64,000 bases of DNA. Origin: Patescibacteria group bacterium (GTDB lineage: Bacteria > Patescibacteriota > Minisyncoccia > JACQLN01). Of this stretch, positions 17,143 through 26,148 are shown piece by piece. Location: positions 113,546-177,545 of the forward strand of contig JBBTRR010000001.1 of the NCBI GenBank assembly GCA_038065095.1, in the 5' to 3' direction. The position numbers and the translations under genes were made by a program. Position 1 is the stretch's first letter. Each line of letters starts with the position of its first letter. Below the pieces are notes generated by a model. That model made no database searches and was not told where the DNA came from. It was given only the letters and a program-made list of their open reading frames with translations.

Positions 17143-17215
17143 GGGAGGCATATGGGACTCGAACCCATGACAACGGGTCCACAACCCGCCATGTTACCAC
17201 TACACCAATGCCTCC
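17143..17215 (-). tRNA. tRNA-His(GTG)
   Basis: GGAGGCATTGGTGTAGTGGTAACATGGCGGGTTGTGGACCCGTTGTCATGGGTTCGAGTCCCATATGCCTCC: cloverleaf with G-1 and anticodon GTG. Confidence 0.95.
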
Positions 17216-17301
17216 ATACAACTAATTTTCAATTATCAATTTACAATTTTCAATCAAAAACCAGCAACCCCAGTTTAGCTCTTTTGGCTGAAATTATCAA
17301 T

Positions 17302-17550
17302 TTATTCCTCCAGTTTCGATACCAAAGCTCCTTCGTGTATTTTCTGATCAACTTTAATACCAACAACATCCCCAGCTTTAGCCGAAGCTACACTTTTATG
17401 ATCAACCTGCATTTCTGTAACAGTTTGATTGAATTCTGTTTTTCCACTTTCTAACTTTATTTTATCGCCAGTTTTTAGAGAATCTGACAGTTTTATAATG
17501 GCTACACCTAGTTTGCCGTAGTAATGTGTTATTTTTCCGATAGGTTTCAT
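17302..17550 (-). CDS. Small EF-Tu domain II-like / U32 C-terminal-like beta-barrel protein
   Basis: IGKITHYYGKLGVA...L.TGDKI......F.Q.V..MQVDH......AGD.VGIKV. Confidence 0.75.
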   Translation of the reverse strand: MKPIGKITHYYGKLGVAIIKLSDSLKTGDKIKLESGKTEFNQTVTEMQVDHKSVASAKAGDVVGIKVDQKIHEGALVSKLEE

Positions 17551-17605
17551 GTTTTAATTAAATAAGAAATTAAAAATGCTCGACCTTTGGAAATCGCAAG
17601 TGTAT

Positions 17606-17785
17606 TGGTGCCCCTGGAGGGAATCGGTCACAACTTTTATTTTCGCCGTCGCTCAAACAAAGTCGCGACCCCACCTCACTGTGTTGTCTGCTGACAACAC
17701 ATCGTTCCGGCTTTCGATTCCTCTCTAGAAACACTTACATTCAAATCCAAACATTCCATAAATGGAATATTCGGATTTGATTATG
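17606..17785 (-). other. tRNA-Arg-associated structured element ending in a duplicated tRNA 3' end
   Basis: 19-bp direct repeat GTGCCCCTGGAGGGAATCG at 17608-17626 and 17785-17803; several internal hairpins. Confidence 0.7.
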
Positions 17786-17857
17786 TGCCCCTGGAGGGAA
17801 TCGAACCCCCATCAAGACCTTAGAAGAGTCCTGTTCTATCCATTGAACTACAAGGGC
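17786..17857 (-). tRNA. tRNA-Arg(TCT)
   Basis: GCCCTTGTAGTTCAATGGATAGAACAGGACTCTTCTAAGGTCTTGATGGGGGTTCGATTCCCTCCAGGGGCA: anticodon TCT, CCA not encoded. Confidence 0.95.
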
Positions 17858-17870
17858 GGACTTGGTTGTA

Positions 17871-17927
17871 TTGACTACAATTTTTAGGGTTGGTATGCTA
17901 TTATCACTCTAAAGGTTACAGTGATAA
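17871..17927 (+). promoter_or_regulatory. sigma70 promoter plus CIRCE-like (HrcA) operator for clpB
   Basis: TTGACT-17-TATGCT, then TTATCACTC-N9-CAGTGATAA (consensus TTAGCACTC-N9-GAGTGCTAA). Confidence 0.75.
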
Positions 17928-17963
17928 CAAGACCTAATTAATTAAGTCTATAAACATTCTACA

Positions 17964-20582
17964 ATGAATTTCGGTAATTTTACCACTAAAGCCCAAGAAG
18001 CCTTTCAAAAAGCGCATTTTTTAGCTCAAGAGAAAGGGGGAGAACAAATTAATTCTCTCCATTTGCTTTTGGCTTTATTAAGGCAAGAAGAAGGTTTGGT
18101 TTCTACAATATTAAGAAAGATAGAAGTAGATGTTTCGACCATAGAGAAGATTTTAGAACAAGAACTAAATAAACTGCCAAAAGTTATTGGTGGAGGTGTT
18201 TCCCAGCTTTTTTTGAGCCAAGACTTGGCTTTAATAATTGAACAAGCCCAAAAAGAAGCAGGCAAATTTAAAGATGAATATGTTTCCACAGAACATTTAT
18301 TATTGGCTCTACTTTTTGTGCCTTCACGTGGCAGACAAATTTTAGAAGACGGTGGTGTAAAAAGCGACCATATTTTGCGTGCTTTAAAGGAGATAAGAGG
18401 CGAGGAAAAAGTAACTTCACCTGAACCCGAACAAACTTACCAAGCTTTAGAAAAATATACGCGTAATTTAACCGATTTGGCGCGGCGCGAAAAACTTGAT
18501 CCTGTTATTGGTCGAGACGCTGAAATTAGACGTGTGATGCAGGTTTTATCGCGTAGAACTAAAAACAATCCTGTTTTAATTGGAGAGGCTGGTGTAGGTA
18601 AAACTGCAATTGTGGAAGGTTTGGCTCAAAGAATAGTTTCTGGTGATATTCCAGAAAGTTTGCGCGATCGTGAAGTTGTAGCTTTAGATATTGGTTCGCT
18701 GGTGGCTGGCACAAAATTTCGTGGGGAATTTGAAGAAAGATTAAAAGCTATTTTAAAAGAAGTTAATCGTGCCGAAGGAAAAATAATTTTATTTATAGAC
18801 GAACTTCATACTATGGTTGGCGCGGGTGGGGCAGAAGGCGCCATAGATGCTTCTAATTTGTTAAAACCACCTTTGGCACGTGGAGAACTTCATGCTATTG
18901 GCGCTACAACTTTAAAGGAATATCAAAAATATATAGAAAAAGATCCTGCTTTTGAACGCAGGTTTCAACCAATTTTGGTGGTAGAACCTTCCGAAGAAGA
19001 TGCTGTAGCAATTTTGCGTGGTATTAAAGAAAAATACGAAGTCCATCACGGTGTGCGTATAACCGATGCGGCTATTGTGGCTGCGGTAGAATTATCTCAA
19101 CGCTATATATCGGACCGATTTTTGCCAGATAAAGCTGTGGATTTAATAGACGAAGCTACTTCGGCTTTGCGTATGGAAATAGATTCTATGCCAGACGAAT
19201 TAGATATACTTTTTCGCGAACTGCGAAGGCTTGAAATCGAAAAAGAAGCTTTAAAAAGAGAAAAGGGTACAGGCGACAAACAAAAAAAGATAAAACAGGA
19301 ATTAGCTAATTTAAAAGAAAAATATCAGGTTTTAGAAGTACAGTGGTTGCGAGAAAAAGAACTTATTACCAAGATGCGACAATCTCAAAAAGAAATTGAG
19401 CGTTTAAAAGGGGAGGCTGAAATTGCTGAACGTGAGGGTAAATTAGAACGTGTAGCCGAAATTAGGTATTCGGAAATTCCAGCCCTAGAAAAAACAGTTA
19501 AAGATTCTTCTCAAAAATTTGGTGAGTTAGAAAAGACAAACAGATTATTAAAAGAAGAAGTTGGCGAAGACGATATTGCCGAAGTGGTGAGCCGTTGGAC
19601 AGGTATTCCAACCAACCGTCTTTTAGAGGAGGAATCCAGAAAACTTACTCGTATGGAAGAAGAGCTTGCCAAAAGGGTAGTTGGTCAAAGAAAGGCGGTA
19701 GAGGCTATATCTAATGCTATAAGAAGAGCTAGAACTGGTTTAAATGAAAGTTCAAAACCAATAGGCTCGTTTATTTTTTTGGGTCCCACGGGTGTAGGTA
19801 AAACAGAACTGGCTAAGGCTTTGGCAGAATTTATATTTAACGATTCTAATTCTTTAATTAGGGTGGATATGTCGGAATATATGGAACGCCACACCGTAAG
19901 TAAATTAGTGGGTTCACCTCCTGGTTATGTTGGTTATGAAGAAGGTGGACAATTAACCGAGAAAGTTCGCAGAAAGCCATATAGCGTTATTCTTTTTGAC
20001 GAAATAGAAAAAGCGCACCCAGAAGTATTTAATACCCTACTTCAAGTTTTAGATGATGGCCATTTAACGGATGCTAAGGGTAGAAAAGTTAACTTTAAAA
20101 ATACTATTATAATAATGACGTCTAATTTGGGTACAGAAATTGTTCAGGAATATCACGGGCTTGGTTTTTCTCATAACGATGATAAAGCCGAAGAAAACGA
20201 AACCAAAGAAGTTGAGGCCAAGATAATGGAAACCTTAAAAAAGCATTTTAGGCCAGAGTTTTTAAATAGGTTAGACGAGATAATAATATTTAATGCTTTA
20301 AAGAAGGATGAAATAGAAAAAATTGTTGAATTAAGGTTGGAAGAAGTTAAAAAGAGATTGGCGGATAGAGGAATTAAATTAAAAGTTTCTGTGGAGCTTA
20401 AAGATTATGTGGTTAAAAGGGGATTTGACCCTATATATGGAGCCAGGCCATTAAAGAGGTTGATACAAACTTTAATTCTTAATCCCCTAGCCCAAAAACT
20501 TTTAGAATTGAAGGATGTTTCCAAGATAGAAAAAAACTTTAAGGCAGATATAAATAACAAAGAAGAAGTTTTTATTAGATAA
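17964..20582 (+). CDS. clpB: ATP-dependent disaggregase ClpB
   Basis: Two AAA+ modules ([16 protein letters not shown]), KFRGEFEER, long coiled-coil M domain, GSPPGYVGY. Confidence 0.98.
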   Translation: MNFGNFTTKAQEAFQKAHFLAQEKGGEQINSLHLLLALLRQEEGLVSTILRKIEVDVSTIEKILEQELNKLPKVIGGGVSQLFLSQDLALIIEQAQKEAGKFKDEYVSTEHLLLALLFVPSRGRQILEDGGVKSDHILRALKEIRGEEKVTSPEPEQTYQALEKYTRNLTDLARREKLDPVIGRDAEIRRVMQVLSRRTKNNPVLIGEAGVGKTAIVEGLAQRIVSGDIPESLRDREVVALDIGSLVAGTKFRGEFEERLKAILKEVNRAEGKIILFIDELHTMVGAGGAEGAIDASNLLKPPLARGELHAIGATTLKEYQKYIEKDPAFERRFQPILVVEPSEEDAVAILRGIKEKYEVHHGVRITDAAIVAAVELSQRYISDRFLPDKAVDLIDEATSALRMEIDSMPDELDILFRELRRLEIEKEALKREKGTGDKQKKIKQELANLKEKYQVLEVQWLREKELITKMRQSQKEIERLKGEAEIAEREGKLERVAEIRYSEIPALEKTVKDSSQKFGELEKTNRLLKEEVGEDDIAEVVSRWTGIPTNRLLEEESRKLTRMEEELAKRVVGQRKAVEAISNAIRRARTGLNESSKPIGSFIFLGPTGVGKTELAKALAEFIFNDSNSLIRVDMSEYMERHTVSKLVGSPPGYVGYEEGGQLTEKVRRKPYSVILFDEIEKAHPEVFNTLLQVLDDGHLTDAKGRKVNFKNTIIIMTSNLGTEIVQEYHGLGFSHNDDKAEENETKEVEAKIMETLKKHFRPEFLNRLDEIIIFNALKKDEIEKIVELRLEEVKKRLADRGIKLKVSVELKDYVVKRGFDPIYGARPLKRLIQTLILNPLAQKLLELKDVSKIEKNFKADINNKEEVFIR

Positions 20583-20584
20583 AT

Positions 20585-20612
20585 AATCCCCCCGACCTAG
20601 GTCGGGGGGATT
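20585..20612. terminator. 28-bp perfect palindrome / terminator after clpB
   Basis: aatccccccgacct|aggtcggggggatt. Confidence 0.7.
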
Positions 20613-21411
20613 TCCACAGCAAAGTTGTTTTAAGGTTTTAATTTTTATGTTAATATTATTTGAGCATAGTACCCTGAAATTATATAGGTTTTACGTCGTT
20701 GTTTAGTTTTTTCCACAGTTTATAAGTTTGTATAAACTAGACACGTTTTTCTTTGTGCTATAATGACATTAAACATAAGTGCAAGGGTTTCCTGTTTAAT
20801 AAGCTGTTCGGAAACTCGGTGTTGTTTTGCCTACCTGATTTGGAAAAGAACGCATTTTGACATAAAAATCAAACTGTTTCAAATTATAATAAATTATTGA
20901 CACAGAAGGGGTTAGATGAGTAAAATACCACAAGGTAAGTTGAGTAAGTGAAACCTATGAATTTACCAAATAAACACTTCAGGGCCAGTAAAAGGGCTAT
21001 TTTGTTGTTTGTTTGGTGATAGTAGTTTTAAAAAAGAATCGTGATTCTTAATTCGTTACCAAAGAAATGAATGAAAAGAGATAAAATGGTTATGGATTAA
21101 GGATCGTGATGGGTAAAAAATGATGAAAGGCAAAGCCCTTTAACAATTGAATATTTATCTGAAATCTGGAAATTCTTAAAGATTTATTCTGTTGATTAGA
21201 AAGATATGCTCTATATCCAAATTTGGTTTTGGTTTTATGGAGTTAAGAAAGTCGGGTCGGTTCCCCTTTTGGGATAATAACTTGACTCCGATTATTTAGT
21301 TATTCGATTTATTAAGTTAGTTTTAGAAATTAATTAAGAGGTTTGAGTTTGTTTAGGGACTTCTTTACAGGGGTGTCTGGGCATATTTAAACCAAAAAAG
21401 GAGAAAAACAA

Positions 21412-24400
21412 ATGAGTTATTTTACTAGCAAGCGCCGTGAGCTCGCTAGCAAAGTTGTTTCTTTCGGTTTGATGGTAACAACTTTTGCTTGGCTCGTAGG
21501 CGTTCCTACTGCTGGTGCAGCTACAACCGCCGAGACGATCGCGCTTTTAATGGCACAGATCCAATCTTTGACGGCTCAGTTAAATGCACTAAGCGGTTCT
21601 AGTTCTACTGCAACTGCTTGCAACATTACTAGAGCATTAACAGTTGGCGCACGAGGCGACGACGTTACATGTTTACAAGGTTATTTAAAATCCACAGGTC
21701 ATTTTAGTGTTACACCTACTGGTTACTTCGGAAATGTAACCAAAGCTGCAGTTGCAGCTTGGCAAGCTGCCAATGGTGTTAGCCCAGCCGCTGGTTATTT
21801 TGGCGCTATTTCTAGGGCTAAATATACAGCTGTTGCTGGTTCTGTTGTGACTACGCCAACCACTCCAACCACACCAACGACTCCCGCGACACCAGCAGGA
21901 ACTGGTTTAACAGTTTCTGCGGCTTCAGATCAGCCGGCCGCTGGTTTGTTCGGTGAGAGCTTTGCTTCAAGGCCTTTCACAAAAGTTAATCTTACAGCTT
22001 CTGCCGATGGCGACATAACGGTTAAGGGTATGACAATAGAAAGAACTGGACAAGCTATGGATGCTGTATTTAGCGGTGTTATTCTTTTAGATGAAACCGG
22101 AACAAGAATCGGTACATCTAAAACCTTAAATTCCAACCACCAAGCTGTATTTAGCGATCAGATAGTTGTTAAAGCCGGAACAACCAAAGCAATTACAATT
22201 GCTGGTGATTCCGACAGCAACCAAGACGCTTATGCTGGCCAGGTGGCTAGTTTGACTTTGGTGGCGGTAAATGCTGGTTCGGCTACAGTAAATGGATCAT
22301 TGCCAATAGTCGGTAATGCTATGACAGTTAATTCCACATTATCTATTGGTACATTAACGATTGCTACTGGCGCACGCGAACCTGGTTCTAGCCCAACTAA
22401 AGAAGTTGGTTTAACCAATTACACTTTTGGTTCTATTAAGATGACAGCTGGTTCAGCTGAAGATGAAATTGTAAAATCAATTCGTTGGAATCAATCTGGT
22501 TCTGCAGCTTCCAGCGATTTAGCTAATGTTCAAACTTGTATTGATGGCGGAGAATGTTACGCAGTAACAGCTTCTACCGATGGTAAGTACTATACATCCG
22601 CACTTGGTGCTAGCGGTTTAAAACTTGCTAAAGGAGAATCCAAAGATATTTATGTTAAAGGCGATATAGTTTCTGGTTCGGGAAGAACAGTTAGCTTCGA
22701 CTTATACAGATATGGCGACATAAAAGTAACTGGTACAGTTTATGGTTACGATATATTGCCAAGTTCTGCTGAAGGCGGTGCTTCGGCTACAGACCACAAC
22801 GGTACTTTCCAAGCAGCCAATCCTAACTATGATGGTTGGCAGGTAACGATTTCTAACGGCACAATAAATGTTACAAAATCCAACACAGTTGCAGCTAGTA
22901 ACATTGCTGTTAATTTGTCTAGCCAAGTATTAGGCGGTTTTGATGTAGAAGTAAAAGGTGAAGCTATCAGTGTGGCTTCAATGAACTTTGATGTTTCTAC
23001 AGTGGAAGGCGCAGGCACAGGTGGTGCTATAGACAGCATTGATATTACTAGCATCAGCTTATACGATAAAGCTGGTAATGTAGTAGCTGGTCCAGTTGAT
23101 GGTGTAGCTGGCGGTAATAATGGTATTCAGTTTACTGATTCCGTTACTTTCCCAATTGGTACAAATACTTACACCATTAAAGGAAAAGTTGGTACAGACT
23201 TTTTAAGCAACGACCAAATTTTAGCTTCTACAACTCCAAGTTCCGATTGGTCAACAGTAAAAGGCAGTGTAACTGGTAATTCAATTACACCAAGTCCAGC
23301 TGCTGCTGTTACGTTTAATACGATGACGGTAAAAGCTGCCGCATTAGCTGTTTCTGTTTCTCCAACTCCTTCAGCTCAAAATATTGTAACTGGTTCCAAA
23401 TCTTTCACTTTTGCCAATTACATATTTGATGCTTCCGCTTCTGGTGAAGATATTCGCACTACGCTTATAAAGACCAAATTTACTGGTACGAGCAATACAG
23501 CTGATCAGTTACAGAGTTGTCAGTTGTTTGATGGTGCAAACGCTCTTACTACGGGAGGTAATACCAACAGTCCTGCTAACACTGTAGCTACTGCCGATGA
23601 TCTTACATTCAATTTGGATAGTGGTTTGATTACACCTAAAGGAACAGTTAAGACTATTAAGTTAATATGTGATATTAAAGGTAATACGGACACAGAAGCT
23701 ACGGCCGGCACGACAACCTTTAGTTTGGGCGTGACTAATGCTGTGGGTAGCATAACTTCTACAGGTATGACTTCGGGCCAAGCGGTTACCGAAACTATTA
23801 CTGCGGCTAATGGTCAAGCTATGACATTGCAGAGCGGTGGTTCGCTTACGGTGGTTCTAGATTCTTCTAGCCCAGCCTTAAAATGGATTCAAGCAGGTGC
23901 AACGGATCAAACCTTGGCTGTGTTTAGAGTGAATGCTACTTATGAAGATATAAAATTAGAAAGCATGGGTCTTCAGATTGCTACATCAACCAGTGCATCT
24001 GATTCAATGGCTTCCAATACTCCTTCCGATATTGCGAAGATAAGTTTGTGGAATGGTTCTAAGAAAATTGGTGAAGTATCGTCATTAAATAATGACTATG
24101 CTACAACTACATTTAGCACGGCATGGGGTGCCACAGAAGCTGATTATACAGTGTTGAAAGATACTCAATTATTGATTACGGCTAAAGGTGACATTGGGAC
24201 CATTGGCACAGTTACTAATGCGTATCCTGGTCACTTGATTGTTGTTAACCATGATGCCGGTACTTGCGCTACGCACGTTACTGGGAGCACAGATACAAAT
24301 TGCGGTGCAAAAGGTGTAGGTGCGTCTTCTGGTACGGCTCTATATTCTGCTGGTTCAGATACAGCTTCTAATGGAGCTAGAATTGCAAAAGCTGTTCCTA

Positions 24401-25203
24401 CTGTGGAAAGAGTTGCTTTGTCTAGTACAAAGTTCTCGAATAGCACAGGACAGAATTTATACAGATTTAAAGTTACTGCTCCTGCGGGCACTAATGGTAT
24501 AAGCTTGTATAAATTTGCATTCTCGGTAGCTACATCTGTAAGCGGTTATTTGCAAGAATTGCCAGGTGATGGTGATCAAGATCCAGAAGTTTCTGGTTTC
24601 AGGGTTACAGCCTTTGAAGTTTATTGTTACTCTGATAGTTCGTTTAGCTTAGCTGCTTGCGGAAACTCTTCTGGATTGTTAAACGATTCAGGTATTTCTG
24701 ATGAATCTACTCAAGTTGGTAGTTCTACAGCTTCAATAGCTGGTTCAGCAGCTTCTAACGTTCAGCACGTCAGTATATTGTTTAATCCAGCCAACCCAAC
24801 CAGTTCTACTGCAGAAGCTGTTCAAATTCCAGCTGGCGAGACTAGATACTTTGCTTTGAAGGCCTCGGTTATAGGTGCTAGCTCTACACCTGCTATACAG
24901 GTAGCTCAGTTAGGTGATGCTCAATTTGCTTCGCTTAATAATGCCCAGAGCACTTATTCTGAAGGTGATGGCGTTTTGAATGATTTAACTATCGGTGGTG
25001 ATAACTTCACTACTGGTCGTTATATCTTTGCTACCACAGCTGCTAATGTAGATGCTTGGGATGACGATGACTTTATTTGGTCTGGTAATTCAACCAATAC
25101 GTCTATGTCTATTAGCACTTACGATTGGTTTAACGGGTTCTTAGTACCAGGATTATCCAACAGCGATGGTGGTGTATCTGAAACTTTGACATTGACTAAC
25201 TAA
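21412..25203 (+). CDS. Large secreted S-layer-like surface protein with an N-terminal peptidoglycan-binding domain
   Basis: Signal peptide; PG_binding_1-like LTVGARGDDV..LQ..L...TGYFG..TKAAVAAWQ...GYFG; PTT linker; long Thr/Ser/Ala/Gly-rich beta-sandwich repeats; strong SD and long leader. Confidence 0.8.
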   Translation: MSYFTSKRRELASKVVSFGLMVTTFAWLVGVPTAGAATTAETIALLMAQIQSLTAQLNALSGSSSTATACNITRALTVGARGDDVTCLQGYLKSTGHFSVTPTGYFGNVTKAAVAAWQAANGVSPAAGYFGAISRAKYTAVAGSVVTTPTTPTTPTTPATPAGTGLTVSAASDQPAAGLFGESFASRPFTKVNLTASADGDITVKGMTIERTGQAMDAVFSGVILLDETGTRIGTSKTLNSNHQAVFSDQIVVKAGTTKAITIAGDSDSNQDAYAGQVASLTLVAVNAGSATVNGSLPIVGNAMTVNSTLSIGTLTIATGAREPGSSPTKEVGLTNYTFGSIKMTAGSAEDEIVKSIRWNQSGSAASSDLANVQTCIDGGECYAVTASTDGKYYTSALGASGLKLAKGESKDIYVKGDIVSGSGRTVSFDLYRYGDIKVTGTVYGYDILPSSAEGGASATDHNGTFQAANPNYDGWQVTISNGTINVTKSNTVAASNIAVNLSSQVLGGFDVEVKGEAISVASMNFDVSTVEGAGTGGAIDSIDITSISLYDKAGNVVAGPVDGVAGGNNGIQFTDSVTFPIGTNTYTIKGKVGTDFLSNDQILASTTPSSDWSTVKGSVTGNSITPSPAAAVTFNTMTVKAAALAVSVSPTPSAQNIVTGSKSFTFANYIFDASASGEDIRTTLIKTKFTGTSNTADQLQSCQLFDGANALTTGGNTNSPANTVATADDLTFNLDSGLITPKGTVKTIKLICDIKGNTDTEATAGTTTFSLGVTNAVGSITSTGMTSGQAVTETITAANGQAMTLQSGGSLTVVLDSSSPALKWIQAGATDQTLAVFRVNATYEDIKLESMGLQIATSTSASDSMASNTPSDIAKISLWNGSKKIGEVSSLNNDYATTTFSTAWGATEADYTVLKDTQLLITAKGDIGTIGTVTNAYPGHLIVVNHDAGTCATHVTGSTDTNCGAKGVGASSGTALYSAGSDTASNGARIAKAVPTVERVALSSTKFSNSTGQNLYRFKVTAPAGTNGISLYKFAFSVATSVSGYLQELPGDGDQDPEVSGFRVTAFEVYCYSDSSFSLAACGNSSGLLNDSGISDESTQVGSSTASIAGSAASNVQHVSILFNPANPTSSTAEAVQIPAGETRYFALKASVIGASSTPAIQVAQLGDAQFASLNNAQSTYSEGDGVLNDLTIGGDNFTTGRYIFATTAANVDAWDDDDFIWSGNSTNTSMSISTYDWFNGFLVPGLSNSDGGVSETLTLTN

Positions 25204-25249
25204 TAACCTCTTGTGCTCCTTCGACCTTGCGTCGGAGGAGGGTTATGAA

Positions 25250-25286
25250 AACAACCCCCGCCTGATTAGGCGGGGGTTGTTTTTTA
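25250..25286 (+). terminator. Strong Rho-independent terminator
   Basis: AACAACCCCCGCCT-gatt-AGGCGGGGGTTGTT followed by a T-run; preceded by a second hairpin (25203-25246). Confidence 0.85.
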
Positions 25287-25320
25287 TTAGTATTTAGGTT
25301 ATTATTTTTTGGCTATGTTT

Positions 25321-26094
25321 ATGCTTAATAAAAAAATATTGACGGTTTTAGTTATTGTGTTATTAGTGATTATAGTTATTGTGGCTCGTTATATATTTGA
25401 GAATAAAGAGACTGTGCCTCAGTCATATCAGAGTTCTGATAGTTTTGATACCACAAAAGAGAACTTAACTAATAATTCTAATCTATCTATAAACAAAATT
25501 CCTAAATATATTGGCCGACCTTTAGACGAGGTTATTTTTGGCAAAGGTTTTACTAATCCAGGAGATGATATTGTAGAAAAAAAACGAGGAGATTTAAAAG
25601 TTTTAGCTGCTGTTTTAAACGCAAGTCCGATGGGAAATGCCGGTGTGGATGATTGGATTGCAGTGGGAGTTATAAAAAAGTTTTTTAACGATTATGAGGG
25701 CGTGCGAGATGTTTGGGAATATGCTGGTGTGTTATACCCAGATAACGCCCTTTCTTTTGCTAATCTGGGAAATTTATATGCTTTTTATTTACATAATAAT
25801 GTTAAAGCAGAATTAAATTTTAAAAAAGCTATTAAAAATGATCCTTACCAGCCTAGTTACTATCTTGGTTTTGCTGATTTCTATAAGAATGTTTATACAG
25901 AGAAGAAAGCAGAAGCGCCGAAGATTTTATTAGATGGTATAAAAGTTATTAAAGATGTTAATTTAGTTTTAAGTTTAGCTACTTACTATAGAGATACAGG
26001 TGATAAGGCTAATGCTTTGAAATACTATGAAGAAATTTTAAAAATGGAGCCTAATGCTGCTGGTATTCAAGATGAAATAAACCGCTCAAGGTAG
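25321..26094 (+). CDS. Membrane-anchored TPR protein
   Basis: N-terminal TM; TPR patterns (FANLGNLY...AE..FKKAI..DP; LA.YY...G....AL.YYE.IL...P). Confidence 0.75.
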   Translation: MLNKKILTVLVIVLLVIIVIVARYIFENKETVPQSYQSSDSFDTTKENLTNNSNLSINKIPKYIGRPLDEVIFGKGFTNPGDDIVEKKRGDLKVLAAVLNASPMGNAGVDDWIAVGVIKKFFNDYEGVRDVWEYAGVLYPDNALSFANLGNLYAFYLHNNVKAELNFKKAIKNDPYQPSYYLGFADFYKNVYTEKKAEAPKILLDGIKVIKDVNLVLSLATYYRDTGDKANALKYYEEILKMEPNAAGIQDEINRSR

Positions 26095-26148
26095 ACGTTA
26101 TTTCTACTCGTGGGTTATAGTTATATTCATACGGACGCATATAGCACA

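Noticed and set aside
17152-17454. 100-aa ORF on the plus strand
   Set aside because: Antisense to tRNA-His and to the real 82-aa gene.
17606-17803. Prophage or genomic island at tRNA-Arg
   Set aside because: Only ~160 bp lie between the repeats and there is no integrase or cargo. Kept as a structured-element finding instead.
20610-20720. Replication origin from two TTTCCACA DnaA-box-like sites
   Set aside because: Only two imperfect boxes and no dnaA/dnaN context.
21850-21895. ACTCCAACC-type repeat in the S-layer gene as a mobile repeat
   Set aside because: It encodes a normal Pro-Thr-Thr linker with synonymous variation.
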